Source: Candidatus Marinacidobacterales bacterium (GTDB taxonomy: Bacteria; Acidobacteriota; Vicinamibacteria; Marinacidobacterales; SMYC01). From it: a DNA stretch of 64,000 nt. Below are positions 37,272 through 49,533 of this stretch, piece after piece; the first letter of the stretch is position 1; the number at the start of each line of letters is the position of its first letter. The notes beneath the pieces were generated by a model, which was given only the letters and a program-made list of their open reading frames with translations, ran no database searches and was not told where the DNA came from. The stretch is from assembly GCA_965224085.1 (NCBI GenBank), contig CBDCYI010000005.1, forward strand, positions 1,184,001 through 1,248,000, given 5' to 3'. Position numbers and translations under genes: made by a program.

Positions 37272-37901
37272 TTACTTCGAATAGAGCTCGACGATGAGCT
37301 GCTCTTGAAATGAAAGCTCCAGGTCGTCACGGGCGGGAAGTGCCGCGACCCTGCCTGTTGTACCTTCTTCGTTGAGCTCCAACCACTTGGGCACGCCGCG
37401 GCTTTTTACGACTTCGGCAGCGTGCTGGAACTGATCGTGTTTTGTATATTTCGTGCTGATAGAAACGAGGTCGCCTTTGCGCACGGAATAAGATGGGATG
37501 TTGACCCGGCGTTCACCGACACGCACGTGACCGTGGCGGACGAGCAGACGCGCTTGAGGCCGCGAGGTGGCGAAGCCGAGCCGATAGACCGTGTTGTCGA
37601 GTCGCCGCTCGAGCGACTGCAACAAGATCTCGCCCGTGATGCCACGAGTGCGCTCGGCGCGCTCGAAATAGAGCCGAAATTGCTTCTCGAGAAGCCCATA
37701 GGCTCTTTTGACCTTCTGCTTTTCTCGCAGCTGGAGGCCATAGCCCTGGATGCGCGCTCGACGAGACTTGCCGTGAGCGCCCGGTGCGAAGTTCCGCTTA
37801 TCGATGGCGCATTTCGGGCCGAAGCAGCGCTCCCCTTTCAGGAAAAGCTTCATCCCTTCGCGCCGGCAAAGCCGGCAAACTGGACCACGATACCTAGCCA
37901 A
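37272..37901 (-). CDS. rpsD: 30S ribosomal protein S4
   Basis: [30 protein letters not shown]. Confidence 0.98.
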   Translation of the reverse strand: MARYRGPVCRLCRREGMKLFLKGERCFGPKCAIDKRNFAPGAHGKSRRARIQGYGLQLREKQKVKRAYGLLEKQFRLYFERAERTRGITGEILLQSLERRLDNTVYRLGFATSRPQARLLVRHGHVRVGERRVNIPSYSVRKGDLVSISTKYTKHDQFQHAAEVVKSRGVPKWLELNEEGTTGRVAALPARDDLELSFQEQLIVELYSK

Positions 37902-37982
37902 TAGTGTCCTCCGGGCCGGAAGCGCTCGGCTCTCGGCATTCAGCGTTCATGTCGTTCATAACGGATACGTTCGGCATCTCCC

Positions 37983-38399
37983 TTACACCCGGCGCCGCTT
38001 GGGAGGGCGGCAGCCATTATGCGGGATCGGAGTCACGTCGCGGATGGACTTGACAATGATTCCCGCCGCTTGTAGCGCGCGGATGGCGGATTCGCGTCCG
38101 GATCCGGGCCCTTTCACCCGAACCTCCAAGCTCTTACATCCCATGGACCTCACCGCTTGAGCCACCTGGCTCGCTGCCTGCTGCGCGGCGAAAGGTGTTC
38201 CTTTGCGCGAGCCTTTGAAACCGAGGCCGCCCGCGCTCGCCCAAGCCACGACATTGCCTTCCTTGTCGGAGACCGTCACGTGCGTGTTGTTGAAGGTGGC
38301 TTGAATATGGGCGACCCCACTCAAGAGAGTACGCTTTTCCTTCTTCTTGAAGGTCTTGCGCTTCCCCTTCTTGTCGTCTTTCTTCTTCTTCTTTGCCAT
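37983..38399 (-). CDS. rpsK: 30S ribosomal protein S11
   Basis: [31 protein letters not shown]. Confidence 0.98.
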   Translation of the reverse strand: MAKKKKKDDKKGKRKTFKKKEKRTLLSGVAHIQATFNNTHVTVSDKEGNVVAWASAGGLGFKGSRKGTPFAAQQAASQVAQAVRSMGCKSLEVRVKGPGSGRESAIRALQAAGIIVKSIRDVTPIPHNGCRPPKRRRV

Positions 38400-38417
38400 G
38401 ACGTGACTACCTCTTCC

Positions 38418-38783
38418 TCATCTTTTTCTCATTTGGCCGCGCTTCGGCCCTTTACGCGTCCTGGCATTGGTGCTCGTGCGCTGTCCTCGCGCCGGGAGAC
38501 CGCGGCGATGACGAAGACCGCGATAGGCCCCGATATCCATCAAACGCTTGATGTTCATCGAGACTTCTTTGCGCAGGTCACCCTCGACACCTCCTTCGGC
38601 GTCGATCGCCCTGCTGATCTGACTGACCTGCTGCTCGGTCAACTCCTTGACGCGAGTCGCGGGTTCGATACCCGCCTTGGCGAGAATCTTGGCAGACCGG
38701 ACGTGGCCGATTCCATAAATATGGGTCAGGCCAATGCCGATCCGTTTTTCCCGCGGCAAATCCACTCCGGCAATACGTGCCAC
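38418..38783 (-). CDS. rpsM: 30S ribosomal protein S13
   Basis: [24 protein letters not shown]. Confidence 0.98.
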   Translation of the reverse strand: MARIAGVDLPREKRIGIGLTHIYGIGHVRSAKILAKAGIEPATRVKELTEQQVSQISRAIDAEGGVEGDLRKEVSMNIKRLMDIGAYRGLRHRRGLPARGQRTSTNARTRKGPKRGQMRKR

Positions 38784-38819
38784 GCTAGCTTCTCCTTTGG
38801 TTCCCCTAGTTCCTCAAGC

Positions 38820-38933
38820 TCAACCCTGCCGCTGTTTGTGCTTGGGGTTGACACAAATAACCCGTACAACACGGTTACGACGAACAATTTTGCATTTCGT
38901 GCAAAAGCGCCGAACGGACGCTCTGACTTTCAT
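38820..38933 (-). CDS. rpmJ: 50S ribosomal protein L36 (not in the ORF track)
   Basis: Manual translation: [37 protein letters not shown]. Confidence 0.97.
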   Translation of the reverse strand: MKVRASVRRFCTKCKIVRRNRVVRVICVNPKHKQRQG

Positions 38934-38952
38934 GACGGCTTCCTTCTCAGAC

Positions 38953-39171
38953 TCACTTGTACCGATAGACGATGCGACCTCGCGTCAGGTCATAGGGCGA
39001 AAGCTCTACCAGAACCTTGTCGCCGGGAAGGATGCGGATGAAATGCTTTCGCATCTTCCCCGAGACATGCGCGAGAACTTTATGTTTATTGTCCAGCTCG
39101 ACTTTGAACATAGCGTTCGGAAGCGGCTCCAGCACTGTTGCCGAAACTTCGATGGCATCTTCTTTAGACAT
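38953..39171 (-). CDS. infA: Translation initiation factor IF-1
   Basis: [35 protein letters not shown]. Confidence 0.98.
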   Translation of the reverse strand: MSKEDAIEVSATVLEPLPNAMFKVELDNKHKVLAHVSGKMRKHFIRILPGDKVLVELSPYDLTRGRIVYRYK

Positions 39172-39191
39172 CGCTAGCCACCTTGAAATAA

Positions 39192-40001
39192 TTAGATAAC
39201 GTTACCCACCTTAGAACCATTAGATGACGCTAGCTCCTTCGGATAAACCCGCCTGGGCTCCGCGAGAATCCAGGGACCCGAATCGGTGATGGCCACCGAG
39301 CGCTCGAAGTGAGCGGAAAAGCCGCCATCAGCGGTCACGACCGTCCACTTATCTACCAAAGTCCTCACATGACTCTCGCCGGTATTGACCATCGGCTCGA
39401 TCGCGAGGCACATACCTTTTTTCAAGCGCGGGTCGCGGCCCGCTTGTACGTAGTTCGGCACTGGCGGATCCTCGTGAAGTGACCGGCCGATGCCGTGGCC
39501 GACGAAATCGCGCACGACCGAATAGCCGTGGCGCTCGACATGGCATTGCACCGCATAGCCGATATCCGAAATGTGGTTGCCGGCCTCCATGGCCTCGATG
39601 CCTTTGTACATCGCCTGCTCGGCTACGGTGAGAAGCTTAAAAAGCCGCTCCGGAATGGCTCCGACACCTACGGTCATGGCGTTATCGCCGTAATAGCCGT
39701 CCACGACTGAACCCAAATCCAAGCTCACGATGTCACCCTCTGCGAGAACCTTTTTGTCGGACGGGATTCCGTGCACGACCTCGTCGTTAACGGACACGCA
39801 CAGCGACGCGGGAAAACCGCGATAGCCTAGAAACGCCGCTTTGGCGCCCTCGCGCGCGAGCGAATCCGCTGCGATGCGGTCGAGCTCCGCCGTCGTGATG
39901 CCCGGCTCGAGCGCCGTCTTCAACAGCTCGAGTGTTTGCAATACGATGGCGTTTGCCTGGTGCATCTTCTCGAGCTCTTTGTCGGAGCGACGGCGAATCA
40001 T
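39192..40001 (-). CDS. map: Type I methionine aminopeptidase
   Basis: [26 protein letters not shown]. Confidence 0.96.
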   Translation of the reverse strand: MIRRRSDKELEKMHQANAIVLQTLELLKTALEPGITTAELDRIAADSLAREGAKAAFLGYRGFPASLCVSVNDEVVHGIPSDKKVLAEGDIVSLDLGSVVDGYYGDNAMTVGVGAIPERLFKLLTVAEQAMYKGIEAMEAGNHISDIGYAVQCHVERHGYSVVRDFVGHGIGRSLHEDPPVPNYVQAGRDPRLKKGMCLAIEPMVNTGESHVRTLVDKWTVVTADGGFSAHFERSVAITDSGPWILAEPRRVYPKELASSNGSKVGNVI

Positions 40002-40576
40002 GCGCTCGGCTCCTTCGTCGAGGCGATAAGACTCGTGAGTCTCTCGAAAACTGCGTCGATCGCGCCCCGGCCGTCGATGGCCGAAACCCTGTCCCTATAA
40101 TAGTCCAAAAGGGGCGCCGTCTGCTTCTGATAGACATGAAAGCGGTTGAGCATGGTCTCTTCGCTGTCATCCGAGCGTTGATCTTCGCCGCGCCGGCCTG
40201 CGATCCGCCGCCGGAGCTCGTCTTCATCGAGCTCGAGATTGGCGATGACCACCGGCAGCATCTCCGCTTCGCCGAGGAGCGCGTCGAACGCCTCCGCTTG
40301 CGGGATGGTGCGGGGAAAGCCGTCCAGGATAAACCCAGAACCGCAATCGTCCTCGGCGAGTCGCTCCCGGATAATCCCGAGCATCACGTCGTCACCCACG
40401 AGCTGGCCGCGATCCATGATCTCTTTAGACCTCCGCCCGAGCTGCGTCCCCGCCTGAGCCGCCTCCCGCAAGATGACGCCCGTGGAGATATGGGGAATCC
40501 CGAGCTCCGTGGCCAGGCGCGTCGCCTGCGTGCCTTTGCCCGCTCCCGGTGGTCCCAAAAGTATCAGCCGTATCAT
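39998..40576 (-). CDS. adk: Adenylate kinase (short LID type)
   Basis: GPPGAGKGTQA, LDGFPRT, RSDD. Confidence 0.96.
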   Translation of the reverse strand: MIRLILLGPPGAGKGTQATRLATELGIPHISTGVILREAAQAGTQLGRRSKEIMDRGQLVGDDVMLGIIRERLAEDDCGSGFILDGFPRTIPQAEAFDALLGEAEMLPVVIANLELDEDELRRRIAGRRGEDQRSDDSEETMLNRFHVYQKQTAPLLDYYRDRVSAIDGRGAIDAVFERLTSLIASTKEPSA

Positions 40577-40585
40577 GGTTATCGC

Positions 40586-41971
40586 CTAACCTCGCCGTCC
40601 TCTGATCCGACCGCGTTTCATGAAGCCGTCATAGTGCCGCATGATGAGCTGGCTTTCGATCTGCTGCACCGTATCCATGGACACACCGACGATGATGAGA
40701 AGCGACGTGCCGCCGAAATAGAAAGTCACGCCGAGCCCCTGCGTGATCCAGGTCGGCAAAAAGCTGTCGAGATAAGGTCCGATGAGAGGAATCGGCGCCA
40801 CCCGGAAACCGGCGATCATCCACTCGGGGAGCACCGAGACCGCCGCCAAATAGACGGCGCCGCCAAAGGTCAAACGCGTGAGAATGTTATCGATATATTC
40901 GGCGGTTCTCTTACCGGGTCGGATGCCGGGGACGTAGCCGCCAAATTTTCTCATGTTGTCGGCGACGTCATCGGGATTGAAGATGATGGCGGTGTAGAAA
41001 TAACAGAAGAAGATGATCGCCGCGACGTAGAGGAGCGTATAGAGCGGCATGCCCCAGGCGAGCTGGTCAGCGATATTCGTCATCCAGATGCTGTTCGGAA
41101 ACATGGAGGCGACGGTCTGAGGCAGCGCGATGATGGAGCTCGCGAAAATCACGGGGATGACGCCGCCCGTGTTCACTTTGAGTGGCAGATGGGTGGATTG
41201 CCCTTGATACATCTTCCGGCCGACGACGCGCTTCGCATATTGGACCGGGATGCGCCGCTGGGCACGCTCGACATGGACGATGAAGCCGACGACGACGACC
41301 ATGAAGGCGGTGAGCAAGATGATCTGGAACACGGACTGCTGGCCCGTCGAGACGTTCCCAAGCGTCGTGATGATGCCCGCCGGGAAGCCGACCACGATAC
41401 CGGCGAAGATCAGAAGCGACATTCCGTTGCCGATGCCACGCTCCGTGATCTGCTCACCAAGCCACATGATGAAGACGGTGCCCGCGGTGAGCGTGAGCAC
41501 GGTCATCAACGTGAAAGCGAGGCCGGGATTGGCGACGAGCGTGAGACCGCCGGTGAGCTCGGTGTTCTGTAGGAACGCGGCGATCCCGCCTGATTGGATG
41601 ACGCTCAGGAGCACGGTGCCGTAGCGCGTATATTGCGTGATCTTCTTCCGCCCGAGGTCGCCTTCCTTCGACAGCTTTTCGAGATAAGGCCAAACGACGG
41701 TCAGAAGCTGGAGGATGATCGAAGCGCTGATATAAGGCATGATGCCGAGCGCGAAAACGGTCACCCGAGAGAGGTTCCCGCCAGAGAACATATCCACGAA
41801 ACCGAACCACGTGTCTCGATTCTGATCGAAGAAATCCGTGAGCGCGCGCGCGTCGACGCCGGGCGTGGGGATATGATTTCCCAGCCGATAAATGGCGAGC
41901 ATTCCCAGAGTGAACAGACAACGGTTCCTCAGTTCCGGAATGCGGAAGATGTTCTTGAGGCTCTCGATCAC
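40586..41971 (-). CDS. secY: Preprotein translocase SecY
   Basis: [38 protein letters not shown]. Confidence 0.98.
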   Translation of the reverse strand: MIESLKNIFRIPELRNRCLFTLGMLAIYRLGNHIPTPGVDARALTDFFDQNRDTWFGFVDMFSGGNLSRVTVFALGIMPYISASIILQLLTVVWPYLEKLSKEGDLGRKKITQYTRYGTVLLSVIQSGGIAAFLQNTELTGGLTLVANPGLAFTLMTVLTLTAGTVFIMWLGEQITERGIGNGMSLLIFAGIVVGFPAGIITTLGNVSTGQQSVFQIILLTAFMVVVVGFIVHVERAQRRIPVQYAKRVVGRKMYQGQSTHLPLKVNTGGVIPVIFASSIIALPQTVASMFPNSIWMTNIADQLAWGMPLYTLLYVAAIIFFCYFYTAIIFNPDDVADNMRKFGGYVPGIRPGKRTAEYIDNILTRLTFGGAVYLAAVSVLPEWMIAGFRVAPIPLIGPYLDSFLPTWITQGLGVTFYFGGTSLLIIVGVSMDTVQQIESQLIMRHYDGFMKRGRIRGRRG

Positions 41972-42414
41972 ACCTTGAGCTCCTCGAAACGCCCACCAGC
42001 GGCTTCGATTTTGGCCTTGGCGGTCTCACTGAAGGCGTGGGCCTGGACGACGAGCTTCGTCTTGAGCTCACCGTTTCCGAGCACTTTCACGCCGTCGCAA
42101 CGCTTGCGAATGAGCCGCTGCTGCACGAGAAGCTCCGGCGTCACCACCGAACCTTCGGGCAGGCGATCTAGATCGCGAACGTTCACCGTCTCGATATGCT
42201 TCTTGAAGATGTTGGTGAACCCTCGCTTTGGCACTCGGCGGATAAGGGGCATCTGTCCGCCTTCGAAACCACGGCGCCGAGAGTAGCCGGAACGCGACTT
42301 GGCGCCCTTATGGCCGCGGCCTGCGGTCTTGCCTCGGCCCGATCCCGGACCTCGACCGATGCGCCGCTTCGATTTGAGCGCACCCGCTGCGGGCTTGAGT
42401 GATTCTAGACTCAT
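41968..42414 (-). CDS. rplO: 50S ribosomal protein L15
   Basis: [26 protein letters not shown]; start set at MSLESLKP. Confidence 0.97.
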   Translation of the reverse strand: MSLESLKPAAGALKSKRRIGRGPGSGRGKTAGRGHKGAKSRSGYSRRRGFEGGQMPLIRRVPKRGFTNIFKKHIETVNVRDLDRLPEGSVVTPELLVQQRLIRKRCDGVKVLGNGELKTKLVVQAHAFSETAKAKIEAAGGRFEELKV

Positions 42415-42460
42415 TTTCAGTTCCAGTTTTCCGTTGCTATTTACCAAATTACAAATGCTT

Positions 42461-42718
42461 CTATGATTTTTCGACTTCGAGGAGATGGAGAACCTTGGTC
42501 ACCATCCCGCGGATTTCTGGGGTGTCCTGCCGCTCGACGCTGTGACGGATCCTACGAAGTCCGAGACCTCTTACGGTCTCTCGTTGCCGCTTCGTTGAGC
42601 CGATCAAGCTCTTGACGAGCTTCAGCTTCAGGATGCCCTTTTTCGACGTCTTCTTCTTCGACTTCGCGGTCTTTTTCTTCACGGCTTCTTTCTTCGCTTC
42701 GGGCTTTTCGTCGGACAT
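42461..42718 (-). CDS. rpmD: 50S ribosomal protein L30 with Lys-rich N-terminal extension
   Basis: LVKSLIG...[10 protein letters not shown]...DTPEIRGMV. Confidence 0.95.
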   Translation of the reverse strand: MSDEKPEAKKEAVKKKTAKSKKKTSKKGILKLKLVKSLIGSTKRQRETVRGLGLRRIRHSVERQDTPEIRGMVTKVLHLLEVEKS

Positions 42719-42722
42719 CGAT

Positions 42723-43229
42723 TTAACCCGTTACCTCAGCCACGTCCTTGCCGCGCAGGCGCGCCACGTCTTCGGCACTCCGAAGCTCACTGAGCCCGGT
42801 CATGGTGGCCTTGACCACGTTCTGCGGATTGGCGGTTCCGAGAGACTTCGTGAGAATGTCCCGGATGCCGGCCGCTTCCACGACCGCGCGTACCGCGCCG
42901 CCCGCGATGACGCCCGTGCCCGCGGTGGCAGGCTTGAGCAAGACACGGCCCGCACCGAAAACGCCCGTCACCTGATGCGGAATAGTGCCGCCCGAAAGCG
43001 GCACACGGACCAAGGTCTTTTTGGCGATCTCGATCCCCTTGCGGATGGCAGAGGGCACCTCTTTGGCTTTTCCGAGTCCGAAGCCTACATGGCCGTTGCC
43101 GTCGCCCACGACGACGAGCGCGCTGAAGGAGAGGTTCTTTCCGCCCTTGACGACCTTCGTGACGCGATTGATGCTGACGACCTGGTCTTTGAGGTCGAGT
43201 TGGCTGGCGTCGACTTTTTTTCGTAACAT
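42723..43229 (-). CDS. rpsE: 30S ribosomal protein S5
   Basis: [19 protein letters not shown]. Confidence 0.98.
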   Translation of the reverse strand: MLRKKVDASQLDLKDQVVSINRVTKVVKGGKNLSFSALVVVGDGNGHVGFGLGKAKEVPSAIRKGIEIAKKTLVRVPLSGGTIPHQVTGVFGAGRVLLKPATAGTGVIAGGAVRAVVEAAGIRDILTKSLGTANPQNVVKATMTGLSELRSAEDVARLRGKDVAEVTG

Positions 43230-43244
43230 GACCTTCCTATTTCC

Positions 43245-43598
43245 TCAGAACTTGAGCCCGGCTTTCCGCGCGGCCTCCGCGAGCGCTTTCACGCGTCCGT
43301 GATATTTGAAGCCGCCTCGATCGAAGACGACGCTCTCGATACCGTTCTCGAGAAGGCGCTCGGCGACCAGCTTGCCAATCGACACGGCACTTTTGATGTT
43401 GCCGCCGTCCGGGACGTCCTTCTCGCGGCTGCTCGCCGCGACCAGGGTTCGGCCATTTCCGTCGTCGATCGCCTGAGCGTAGATGTGTTTCGCGCTGCGA
43501 TAAATGGCCAGGCGAGGGCGCGCCCCAGTTCCTATGACCTTTTTCCGGACGCGAAGATGAACGCGCTTTCTTGCATGCGATGTGTTTTGAACTCTCAT
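43245..43598 (-). CDS. rplR: 50S ribosomal protein L18
   Basis: [22 protein letters not shown]. Confidence 0.98.
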   Translation of the reverse strand: MRVQNTSHARKRVHLRVRKKVIGTGARPRLAIYRSAKHIYAQAIDDGNGRTLVAASSREKDVPDGGNIKSAVSIGKLVAERLLENGIESVVFDRGGFKYHGRVKALAEAARKAGLKF

Positions 43599-43604
43599 GA
43601 GGCT

Positions 43605-44144
43605 CTAGGTAGCTCCGGTTTTTCCCGCTTTCTTCTTGAGGTGCTCGCCCGTGTAGCGGATGCCCTTTTGCTTGTACGGATCGGGCTTTCTGAAGCTGCG
43701 AATGGTGGCGGCCGTCTGCCCGACCAACTGCTTGTCCGCGCCGGAGACGACGATATGCGTATTCTTGTCGATCTTGATGTCGATCCCTTCTGGAATCCCA
43801 AACTCGATCGGATGCGAAAAGCCGAGGGAAAAGTTGACTTTCTTGCCTTCCACTTGAGCACGGTAGCCGATGCCCACGATGTCGAGCTCTTTGACGAACC
43901 CTACCGCGACACCGTTCACAGCGTTCGCGAGAAGGCTCCGAGCGAGCCCCCAAAGAGACTTGAGCTCTTCCGTCTCACTCTCGCGGACAGCTTTCAACGT
44001 GCCGTTCTCCTGCCGTGCCTGAATCCCGACCGGAAGCTCTGTGGTCAACTTTCCCTTCGGACCTTCGACGCGAACCGTGCGGTCGTCGATCTCAATCTTG
44101 ACCCCACTCGGTATCGGGATGGGTTTAGCGCCTATTCGAGACAT
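43605..44144 (-). CDS. rplF: 50S ribosomal protein L6
   Basis: [20 protein letters not shown]. Confidence 0.98.
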   Translation of the reverse strand: MSRIGAKPIPIPSGVKIEIDDRTVRVEGPKGKLTTELPVGIQARQENGTLKAVRESETEELKSLWGLARSLLANAVNGVAVGFVKELDIVGIGYRAQVEGKKVNFSLGFSHPIEFGIPEGIDIKIDKNTHIVVSGADKQLVGQTAATIRSFRKPDPYKQKGIRYTGEHLKKKAGKTGAT

Positions 44145-44161
44145 CCTTCAATCCTCGTTCA

Positions 44162-44557
44162 TCACCAGACGTTACAGAGAATCTCACCGCCTACGCCTTC
44201 GCGAATTGCCCGGCGCCCGGTCATGAGTCCTCTAGACGTCGATAAAATATTGATACCCAGTCCCCCTTGGACTTTGGGGATCTTGTCCTTGGGCACGTAG
44301 ATGCGGCAGCCAGGGCGAGACACCCGCTTGAGACCCTGAACCACCTCGGACCCGTCCGCAGCTCGGCGAAGGAAAACGCGCAATGTTCCATGCTTGTCGT
44401 CCTCGATGTCCTTGTAATTCTGGATATAGCCCTCTTCTTGGAGAATACGCGCGAGCTCGATCTTGAGCTTCGACGACGGGATATCCACTTTGGCGAGCCG
44501 CGCGGCGACGCCGTTTCTGATCCTTGTAAGCATGTCGGCGATCGGGTCGGTCATCAT
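44162..44557 (-). CDS. rpsH: 30S ribosomal protein S8
   Basis: MTDPIADMLTRIRN, SRPGCRIY. Confidence 0.98.
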   Translation of the reverse strand: MMTDPIADMLTRIRNGVAARLAKVDIPSSKLKIELARILQEEGYIQNYKDIEDDKHGTLRVFLRRAADGSEVVQGLKRVSRPGCRIYVPKDKIPKVQGGLGINILSTSRGLMTGRRAIREGVGGEILCNVW

Positions 44558-44573
44558 AATGCCTTGCTCCTCC

Positions 44574-44759
44574 TCACCAGCTCGACTTCACGAGACCGGG
44601 AATCTCTCCCGCCAGAGCGAGCTTGCGGAAGCACAGACGGCAGAGACGAAACTTCCTCAGATAGCCCCGCGGCCGACCGCAACTATTGCATCGGTTGTGC
44701 TGCCGCACCTTGAACTTGGGCTTGCGCAGCGACTTCGCAATCGAAGATTGTTTAGCCAA
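44574..44759 (-). CDS. rpsN: 30S ribosomal protein S14 (short zinc-binding type Z)
   Basis: 61 aa with CNSC and CRLC, ending GLVKSSW. Confidence 0.97.
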   Translation of the reverse strand: MAKQSSIAKSLRKPKFKVRQHNRCNSCGRPRGYLRKFRLCRLCFRKLALAGEIPGLVKSSW

Positions 44760-44793
44760 TAAATCTCTCCCTGGTCCCCATCAAAATACGGTC

Positions 44794-45345
44794 CTATTGC
44801 TGTCCGGGGCGACGGAACGGCATGCCCATGAGCTCGAGTAGCCGTTTGGCGCCCTCGTCATTACCCGAAGTCGTGACGAACGTGATGTTCATCCCCCGGG
44901 TCTGATCGACCTTCGAGTAATCGATCTCTGGAAAGATGAGCTGATCTTCCAATCCCATCGTGTAATTGCCGCGGCCGTCAAAGGATTTCGTCGGCACGCC
45001 CCGAAAATCTCGAACACGGGGAAGCGCGATGTTGACGAGCCTGTCGATGAACTCGTACATGCGCTTGCCCCGAAGCGTGACGCAAGCTCCAACAGGCTGG
45101 CCTTCGCGGATCTTGAAAGCGGCGATCGACTTCTTCGCTCGCCGCATGACCGGGCGCTGGCCAGTGACCGCCCCCATCTCGTTCATCGCGGCGTCGAGAA
45201 GCTTGATGTTCGCCGAGGCCTCACCAACACCCATGTTAACGACGACTTTGGTCATGCGCGGCACCGCCCAAATGTTGGTGATGGAGAGGTCTTTCATCAG
45301 CTGCGGACGAATGCTCTCCTGATAGGTCTTTTCGAGACGGCTCAT
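44794..45345 (-). CDS. rplE: 50S ribosomal protein L5
   Basis: [21 protein letters not shown]. Confidence 0.98.
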   Translation of the reverse strand: MSRLEKTYQESIRPQLMKDLSITNIWAVPRMTKVVVNMGVGEASANIKLLDAAMNEMGAVTGQRPVMRRAKKSIAAFKIREGQPVGACVTLRGKRMYEFIDRLVNIALPRVRDFRGVPTKSFDGRGNYTMGLEDQLIFPEIDYSKVDQTRGMNITFVTTSGNDEGAKRLLELMGMPFRRPGQQ

Positions 45346-45671
45346 TTGTCGATGACTCCCTCACAAGCGGCGCAGGTGCGCACTTTGCGGCCGTCGGCGA
45401 GCGTCTTGCGGCGCGTCCGCGTCTTCTTGTCGCATTCAGGGCAGACAACCATGAGGTTGCTCAAGTCGATCGCGGCTTCGCGCTCGACGACGCCACCTTT
45501 AATGTTCTGCTGCGGGTTCGGCCGCGTGTGCCGCTTGATCATGCTCACGCGCTCGACGATGGCACGGGCCCGAGCCGGGACGACGCGCAGAACTTTACCC
45601 CGCTTGCCGCGATCCCGGCCGGAGATGACTTCGACCTGATCGTTCTTGCGAATATTGAGTTTATTGGCCAC
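45342..45671 (-). CDS. rplX: 50S ribosomal protein L24
   Basis: [23 protein letters not shown]. Confidence 0.97.
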   Translation of the reverse strand: MANKLNIRKNDQVEVISGRDRGKRGKVLRVVPARARAIVERVSMIKRHTRPNPQQNIKGGVVEREAAIDLSNLMVVCPECDKKTRTRRKTLADGRKVRTCAACEGVIDK

Positions 45672-45672
45672 T

Positions 45673-46041
45673 TCAAAGAACCTCTGGCGCCAGGGACACG
45701 ATCTTCATGAATTTCTTCTCACGAAGCTCCCGAGCCACGGGCCCGAACACGCGCGTTCCGAGCGGTTCGTTCTGGTCATCAATAATAACGGCCGCGTTAT
45801 TGTCGAAGCGGATATAAGTGCCGTCCTTGCGGCGATGCTCCTTGCGGGTCCGCACGATCACCGCTTTCACGACCGTTCCCTTCTTGATCGGGCTTTCCGG
45901 CGTCGCTTCCTTGACAGACGCCGTGATCACGTCGCCAAGGTGAGCGATCCGCCCCACCCCACCACCTCTCGGGTGGATGCAAAGGATTTTCTTGGCCCCA
46001 GAATTGTCGGTCACTTCGAGGACCGTTTGCATCTGAATCAT
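45673..46041 (-). CDS. rplN: 50S ribosomal protein L14
   Basis: [22 protein letters not shown]. Confidence 0.98.
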   Translation of the reverse strand: MIQMQTVLEVTDNSGAKKILCIHPRGGGVGRIAHLGDVITASVKEATPESPIKKGTVVKAVIVRTRKEHRRKDGTYIRFDNNAAVIIDDQNEPLGTRVFGPVARELREKKFMKIVSLAPEVL

Positions 46042-46061
46042 CGTTCGTTCCCTGTCGTCGG

Positions 46062-46379
46062 CTACTTCGCATCGTCAACTACATGGGCCTGACCACCAGG
46101 CCTCGCCGAAGCCGCAGGCGAAGGGCCCTCACGCTCGGCCGGCGATACCAAAATCTCCACCAGCTTCCAACGCTTGCGCTTGGAGATCGGGCGGCACTCG
46201 ACGATCTTCACCCGGTCCCCGATTTGACACTTGTTCGCCTCGTCATGTACGGTGAAGTGGGACGTCTTCTTGAACGCGCGCGTATAGAGCGGATGGCGCA
46301 CCAAACGCTCGACGCTCACCACCGCGGTCTTGTCCATCTTGTTGCTTTTGACGACGCCTACTTTCGTAACCTTTGGCAT
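46062..46379 (-). CDS. rpsQ: 30S ribosomal protein S17
   Basis: [27 protein letters not shown]. Confidence 0.97.
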   Translation of the reverse strand: MPKVTKVGVVKSNKMDKTAVVSVERLVRHPLYTRAFKKTSHFTVHDEANKCQIGDRVKIVECRPISKRKRWKLVEILVSPAEREGPSPAASARPGGQAHVVDDAK

Positions 46380-46404
46380 CTCGTGCTCCTTGTTCTTAAC
46401 CAGG

Positions 46405-46608
46405 CTAACTACGGCTCTTCTCGAGCTCCATTTGCCGCAGCACCGTCTTCACCCGCGCTAGATCTCGCCGCAAGTCACGGACTTTCCCCATTTGATCCAG
46501 CTGACCCGTCTCTTTCTGAAGCCTGGTGCGGAAGATCTCCTCAGCCAAATCGGAGACTTTATCTCTCAACTCATCCGCGCCAAGCTCCCGAACCTTTTCG
46601 ATCTTCAC
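46405..46608 (-). CDS. rpmC: 50S ribosomal protein L29
   Basis: TGQLDQ..RRDLARVKTVL; conserved position. Confidence 0.95.
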   Translation of the reverse strand: MKIEKVRELGADELRDKVSDLAEEIFRTRLQKETGQLDQMGKVRDLRRDLARVKTVLRQMELEKSRS

Positions 46609-46612
46609 GGAT

Positions 46613-47029
46613 TCAACCCTCCTCGAAACGGGTGACGAATTTTGTTTTGAGCGGAAGCTTGTGTCCCGCGAGCCGCATCGCTTCGCGCGCGGTCTCGGCG
46701 GGAACCCCTTCCATCTCGTAGAGAATCCGTCCCGGCTTCACCACGGCCACCCAGAACTCCGGGCTGCCTTTACCTTTACCCATGCGCGTTTCTTGCGGCT
46801 TCTTGGTGACGGGCTTGTCGGGAAAGATCCGAATCCAGATGCGACCGGTCCTTTTGACGAAACGCGTTATCGCAACCCTAGCGGCCTCGATCTGGCGATC
46901 GGTGATCCATCCGGGCTCGAGCACCTTGAGACCGTAATCGCCGAAGGACACCGTGTGGCCTTTCCAAGCCTTGCCCTTCATTCGGCCCCTTTGGACCTTA
47001 CGGTGTTTGACTTTCTTCGGCATCAACAT
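46613..47029 (-). CDS. rplP: 50S ribosomal protein L16
   Basis: [18 protein letters not shown]. Confidence 0.98.
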   Translation of the reverse strand: MLMPKKVKHRKVQRGRMKGKAWKGHTVSFGDYGLKVLEPGWITDRQIEAARVAITRFVKRTGRIWIRIFPDKPVTKKPQETRMGKGKGSPEFWVAVVKPGRILYEMEGVPAETAREAMRLAGHKLPLKTKFVTRFEEG

Positions 47030-47035
47030 AACGAC

Positions 47036-47719
47036 TTACTCCGCTCTGCGTGACCGCGAGCGATCACCCGACTCCTCGCGAAACGCAGGACCCAGGGGAA
47101 GCGACTCGCCTTTGTAGATCCAGCACTTGATGCCGACCTGGCCATAAGTCGTGAAAGCTTCGGCGAATCCGTAATCGATATCCGCACGGAGCGTGTGAAG
47201 CGGGACTTGCCCGAGCAAGTACCATTCCGAGCGCGCGATCTCAGCGCCGTTCAAACGGCCAGCGCAGCGCACGCGCACCCCCTTCGCGCCGAAGCGCATC
47301 GTGGCATCGATAGCTTTGCGCATCGCACGGCGGAAGGCGATGCGCTTCTCGAGCTGCAAGGCGATGGACTCGGCGACGAGCTGCGCGTCGAGCTCGGGCC
47401 TCGCGACCTCGATGATATTGATATAGACCTCGCGCTGGGTCGTCGCCTGGATTTCCTGCTTGAGCTTGTCGACTTCTGTGCCTTTGCGCCCGATGATGAT
47501 CCCGGGGCGAGAGGTGTGGATATTGATTTTGAGTTTGTTCGCGGCGCGCTCGATCTCGACTCGAGAGACACCCGCGTGCGAAAAGCGCTTCTTGAGCTGG
47601 CGTTTTAGCTTCAAGTCCTCATGGAGGAGCTTTCCGTAGTCACGCTCGGCATACCACCGCGAGCGCCACGTCTTGTTATAGCCGAGCCGAAACCCGTATG
47701 GATGGACCTTTTGTCCCAT
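47036..47719 (-). CDS. rpsC: 30S ribosomal protein S3
   Basis: [25 protein letters not shown]. Confidence 0.98.
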   Translation of the reverse strand: MGQKVHPYGFRLGYNKTWRSRWYAERDYGKLLHEDLKLKRQLKKRFSHAGVSRVEIERAANKLKINIHTSRPGIIIGRKGTEVDKLKQEIQATTQREVYINIIEVARPELDAQLVAESIALQLEKRIAFRRAMRKAIDATMRFGAKGVRVRCAGRLNGAEIARSEWYLLGQVPLHTLRADIDYGFAEAFTTYGQVGIKCWIYKGESLPLGPAFREESGDRSRSRRAE

Positions 47720-47722
47720 TGA

Positions 47723-48082
47723 TCAGCTCTCTTCCTGTTCCGAAACTTCGATCGTCAGGTGCGACGTGCGATGCACGATTCTGAAAGCGCGGCCCATCGG
47801 CGCCGGTCGGACTCGCTTGAGCATCGGCCCGGGGTCGGCATAAGCCTTGCTCACGACGAGATCGTCCTCGTCAATCCGCTTGGCTTCGTCGACGGCCTTC
47901 TGTTGCGCGTTGGCTATCGCGGAGCGAAGGACCTTCTCGAGCGGACGGCACACCCGCTTGTTCGTGGTCTGCAAAATGGACAACGCCTCGGCAGCCTTTT
48001 TGCCGCGGATGAGATCGATGACGAGGCGCGCTTTCGACGGTGAGCCTCGAACGTGTCTGGCAGTTGCCCTTGCTTCAACCAT
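47723..48082 (-). CDS. rplV: 50S ribosomal protein L22
   Basis: KARLVIDLIRG, SAIANA, RTSHLTI. Confidence 0.97.
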   Translation of the reverse strand: MVEARATARHVRGSPSKARLVIDLIRGKKAAEALSILQTTNKRVCRPLEKVLRSAIANAQQKAVDEAKRIDEDDLVVSKAYADPGPMLKRVRPAPMGRAFRIVHRTSHLTIEVSEQEES

Positions 48083-48111
48083 CTTTCAGTCTCCGGTCCT
48101 ATTCCAAGGCT

Positions 48112-48396
48112 CTAGCGCATCTTCGAGGCTTTGTCCGTCTTCGTCGTATGACCCCGGAAGGTGCGCGTCGGGGAAAACTCGCCGAGCTTGTGCCCGACCA
48201 TGTTCTCCGTGATGTAGACGGGGATGAACTTCTTGCCGTTGTGAACGGCGAGGGTGTGTCCCACCATTTCGGGGATGATGGTCGACCTGCGCGACCAGGT
48301 CTTCAAGACCTTCTTCTCTCCCGCGTCGTTCATGATATCGATCTTGTTGAGCAGGTTGTCGTCCAAGAAAGGCCCTTTCTTGAGTGATCTCGCCAT
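48112..48396 (-). CDS. rpsS: 30S ribosomal protein S19
   Basis: [23 protein letters not shown]. Confidence 0.98.
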   Translation of the reverse strand: MARSLKKGPFLDDNLLNKIDIMNDAGEKKVLKTWSRRSTIIPEMVGHTLAVHNGKKFIPVYITENMVGHKLGEFSPTRTFRGHTTKTDKASKMR

Positions 48397-48402
48397 AGCT
48401 CT

Positions 48403-49236
48403 CTAGCCTCTTTTCTTGCCGCGCCGGCGAACGATGAACTTGTCCGTGCGCTTGTTGTTCCGCGTCTTGTAACCTTTGGTCGGCACACCCCAAGGCGTCA
48501 CCGGATGACGTCCCCCCGCGGTACTGCCCTCCCCGCCACCATGCGGATGGTCGACCGGGTTCATCGTCACACCACGGTTGTGAGGACGGCGACCCATCCA
48601 ACGTTTCCGGCCCGCCTTGCCAATGGTGACCCGCTCGTGCTCGATATTACCGACTTGGCCCACGGTGGCACGGCACTTCTTGTGCACGATCCGGACTTCA
48701 CCCGAGGGGAGCCGCAGCTGCGCATATTTGCCTTCTTTTGCCACCAGCTGCGCGCCGGCGCCGGCACTGCGAGCCATTTGGCCACCTTTGCCGGGCTTGA
48801 GCTCGATGTTATGAACCAGCGTTCCGAGCGGCATGTTCTCGAGCGGCAAGCAGTTCCCGGGAAGGATATCAGCGCTTACGCTGCTCACGACGGTGTCGCC
48901 GACCTTCAGTCCGACAGGATGGATGATGTAGGCCTTCTCGCCATCCACATAGTGGATCCGTGCGATGCGGGCCGAGCGGTTCGGGTCGTACTCGACCGAG
49001 GCGACCTTGCCGGGAACGTCCACTTTGCTCCGCTTGAAGTCAACGATCCGGTAGCGTCGCTTGTGACCGCCGCCACGAAAGCGCACCGTGATGCGGCCCT
49101 TGTTGTTTCGGCCACCCCATTGCTTCTTTGGCTCGGTGAGCGGCTTGAGCGGCTTCGTCTCAGTAAGCTCGTCGAAGCTCTGGACCGTGTAGAAACGTCT
49201 TCCGGGAGATGTGGGGCTGAACTTCTTGATTGCCAT
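48403..49236 (-). CDS. rplB: 50S ribosomal protein L2
   Basis: [21 protein letters not shown]. Confidence 0.98.
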   Translation of the reverse strand: MAIKKFSPTSPGRRFYTVQSFDELTETKPLKPLTEPKKQWGGRNNKGRITVRFRGGGHKRRYRIVDFKRSKVDVPGKVASVEYDPNRSARIARIHYVDGEKAYIIHPVGLKVGDTVVSSVSADILPGNCLPLENMPLGTLVHNIELKPGKGGQMARSAGAGAQLVAKEGKYAQLRLPSGEVRIVHKKCRATVGQVGNIEHERVTIGKAGRKRWMGRRPHNRGVTMNPVDHPHGGGEGSTAGGRHPVTPWGVPTKGYKTRNNKRTDKFIVRRRGKKRG

Positions 49237-49242
49237 GTTCTA

Positions 49243-49533
49243 TCAGACGCCCTCGAAGAACTCGATCATCTTTTCGCCCTCTCGCAAGGTCACGAAAGCT
49301 TTCTTCCAATTGGAGCGCTTTCCTTCGAAACGCCCATAGCGCTTCAGTTTCCCGCTCATCCGTACCGTGCGTACCGACTGCACCTTGACGCTAAAGAGCT
49401 TCTCGACGGCACCTCTGATCTCGGTCTTGTTCGCAGCGATCGCGACGCGAAAGCAAAGTGTCCGGTAATCGTCCTTGAGAACGGTCGATTTCTCGGTGAT
49501 GAGCGGTCCGACGATGACGTCGTGGATGTTCAT
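49243..49533 (-). CDS. rplW: 50S ribosomal protein L23
   Basis: PLITEKS, ANKTEI, WKKAFVTL. Confidence 0.97.
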   Translation of the reverse strand: MNIHDVIVGPLITEKSTVLKDDYRTLCFRVAIAANKTEIRGAVEKLFSVKVQSVRTVRMSGKLKRYGRFEGKRSNWKKAFVTLREGEKMIEFFEGV

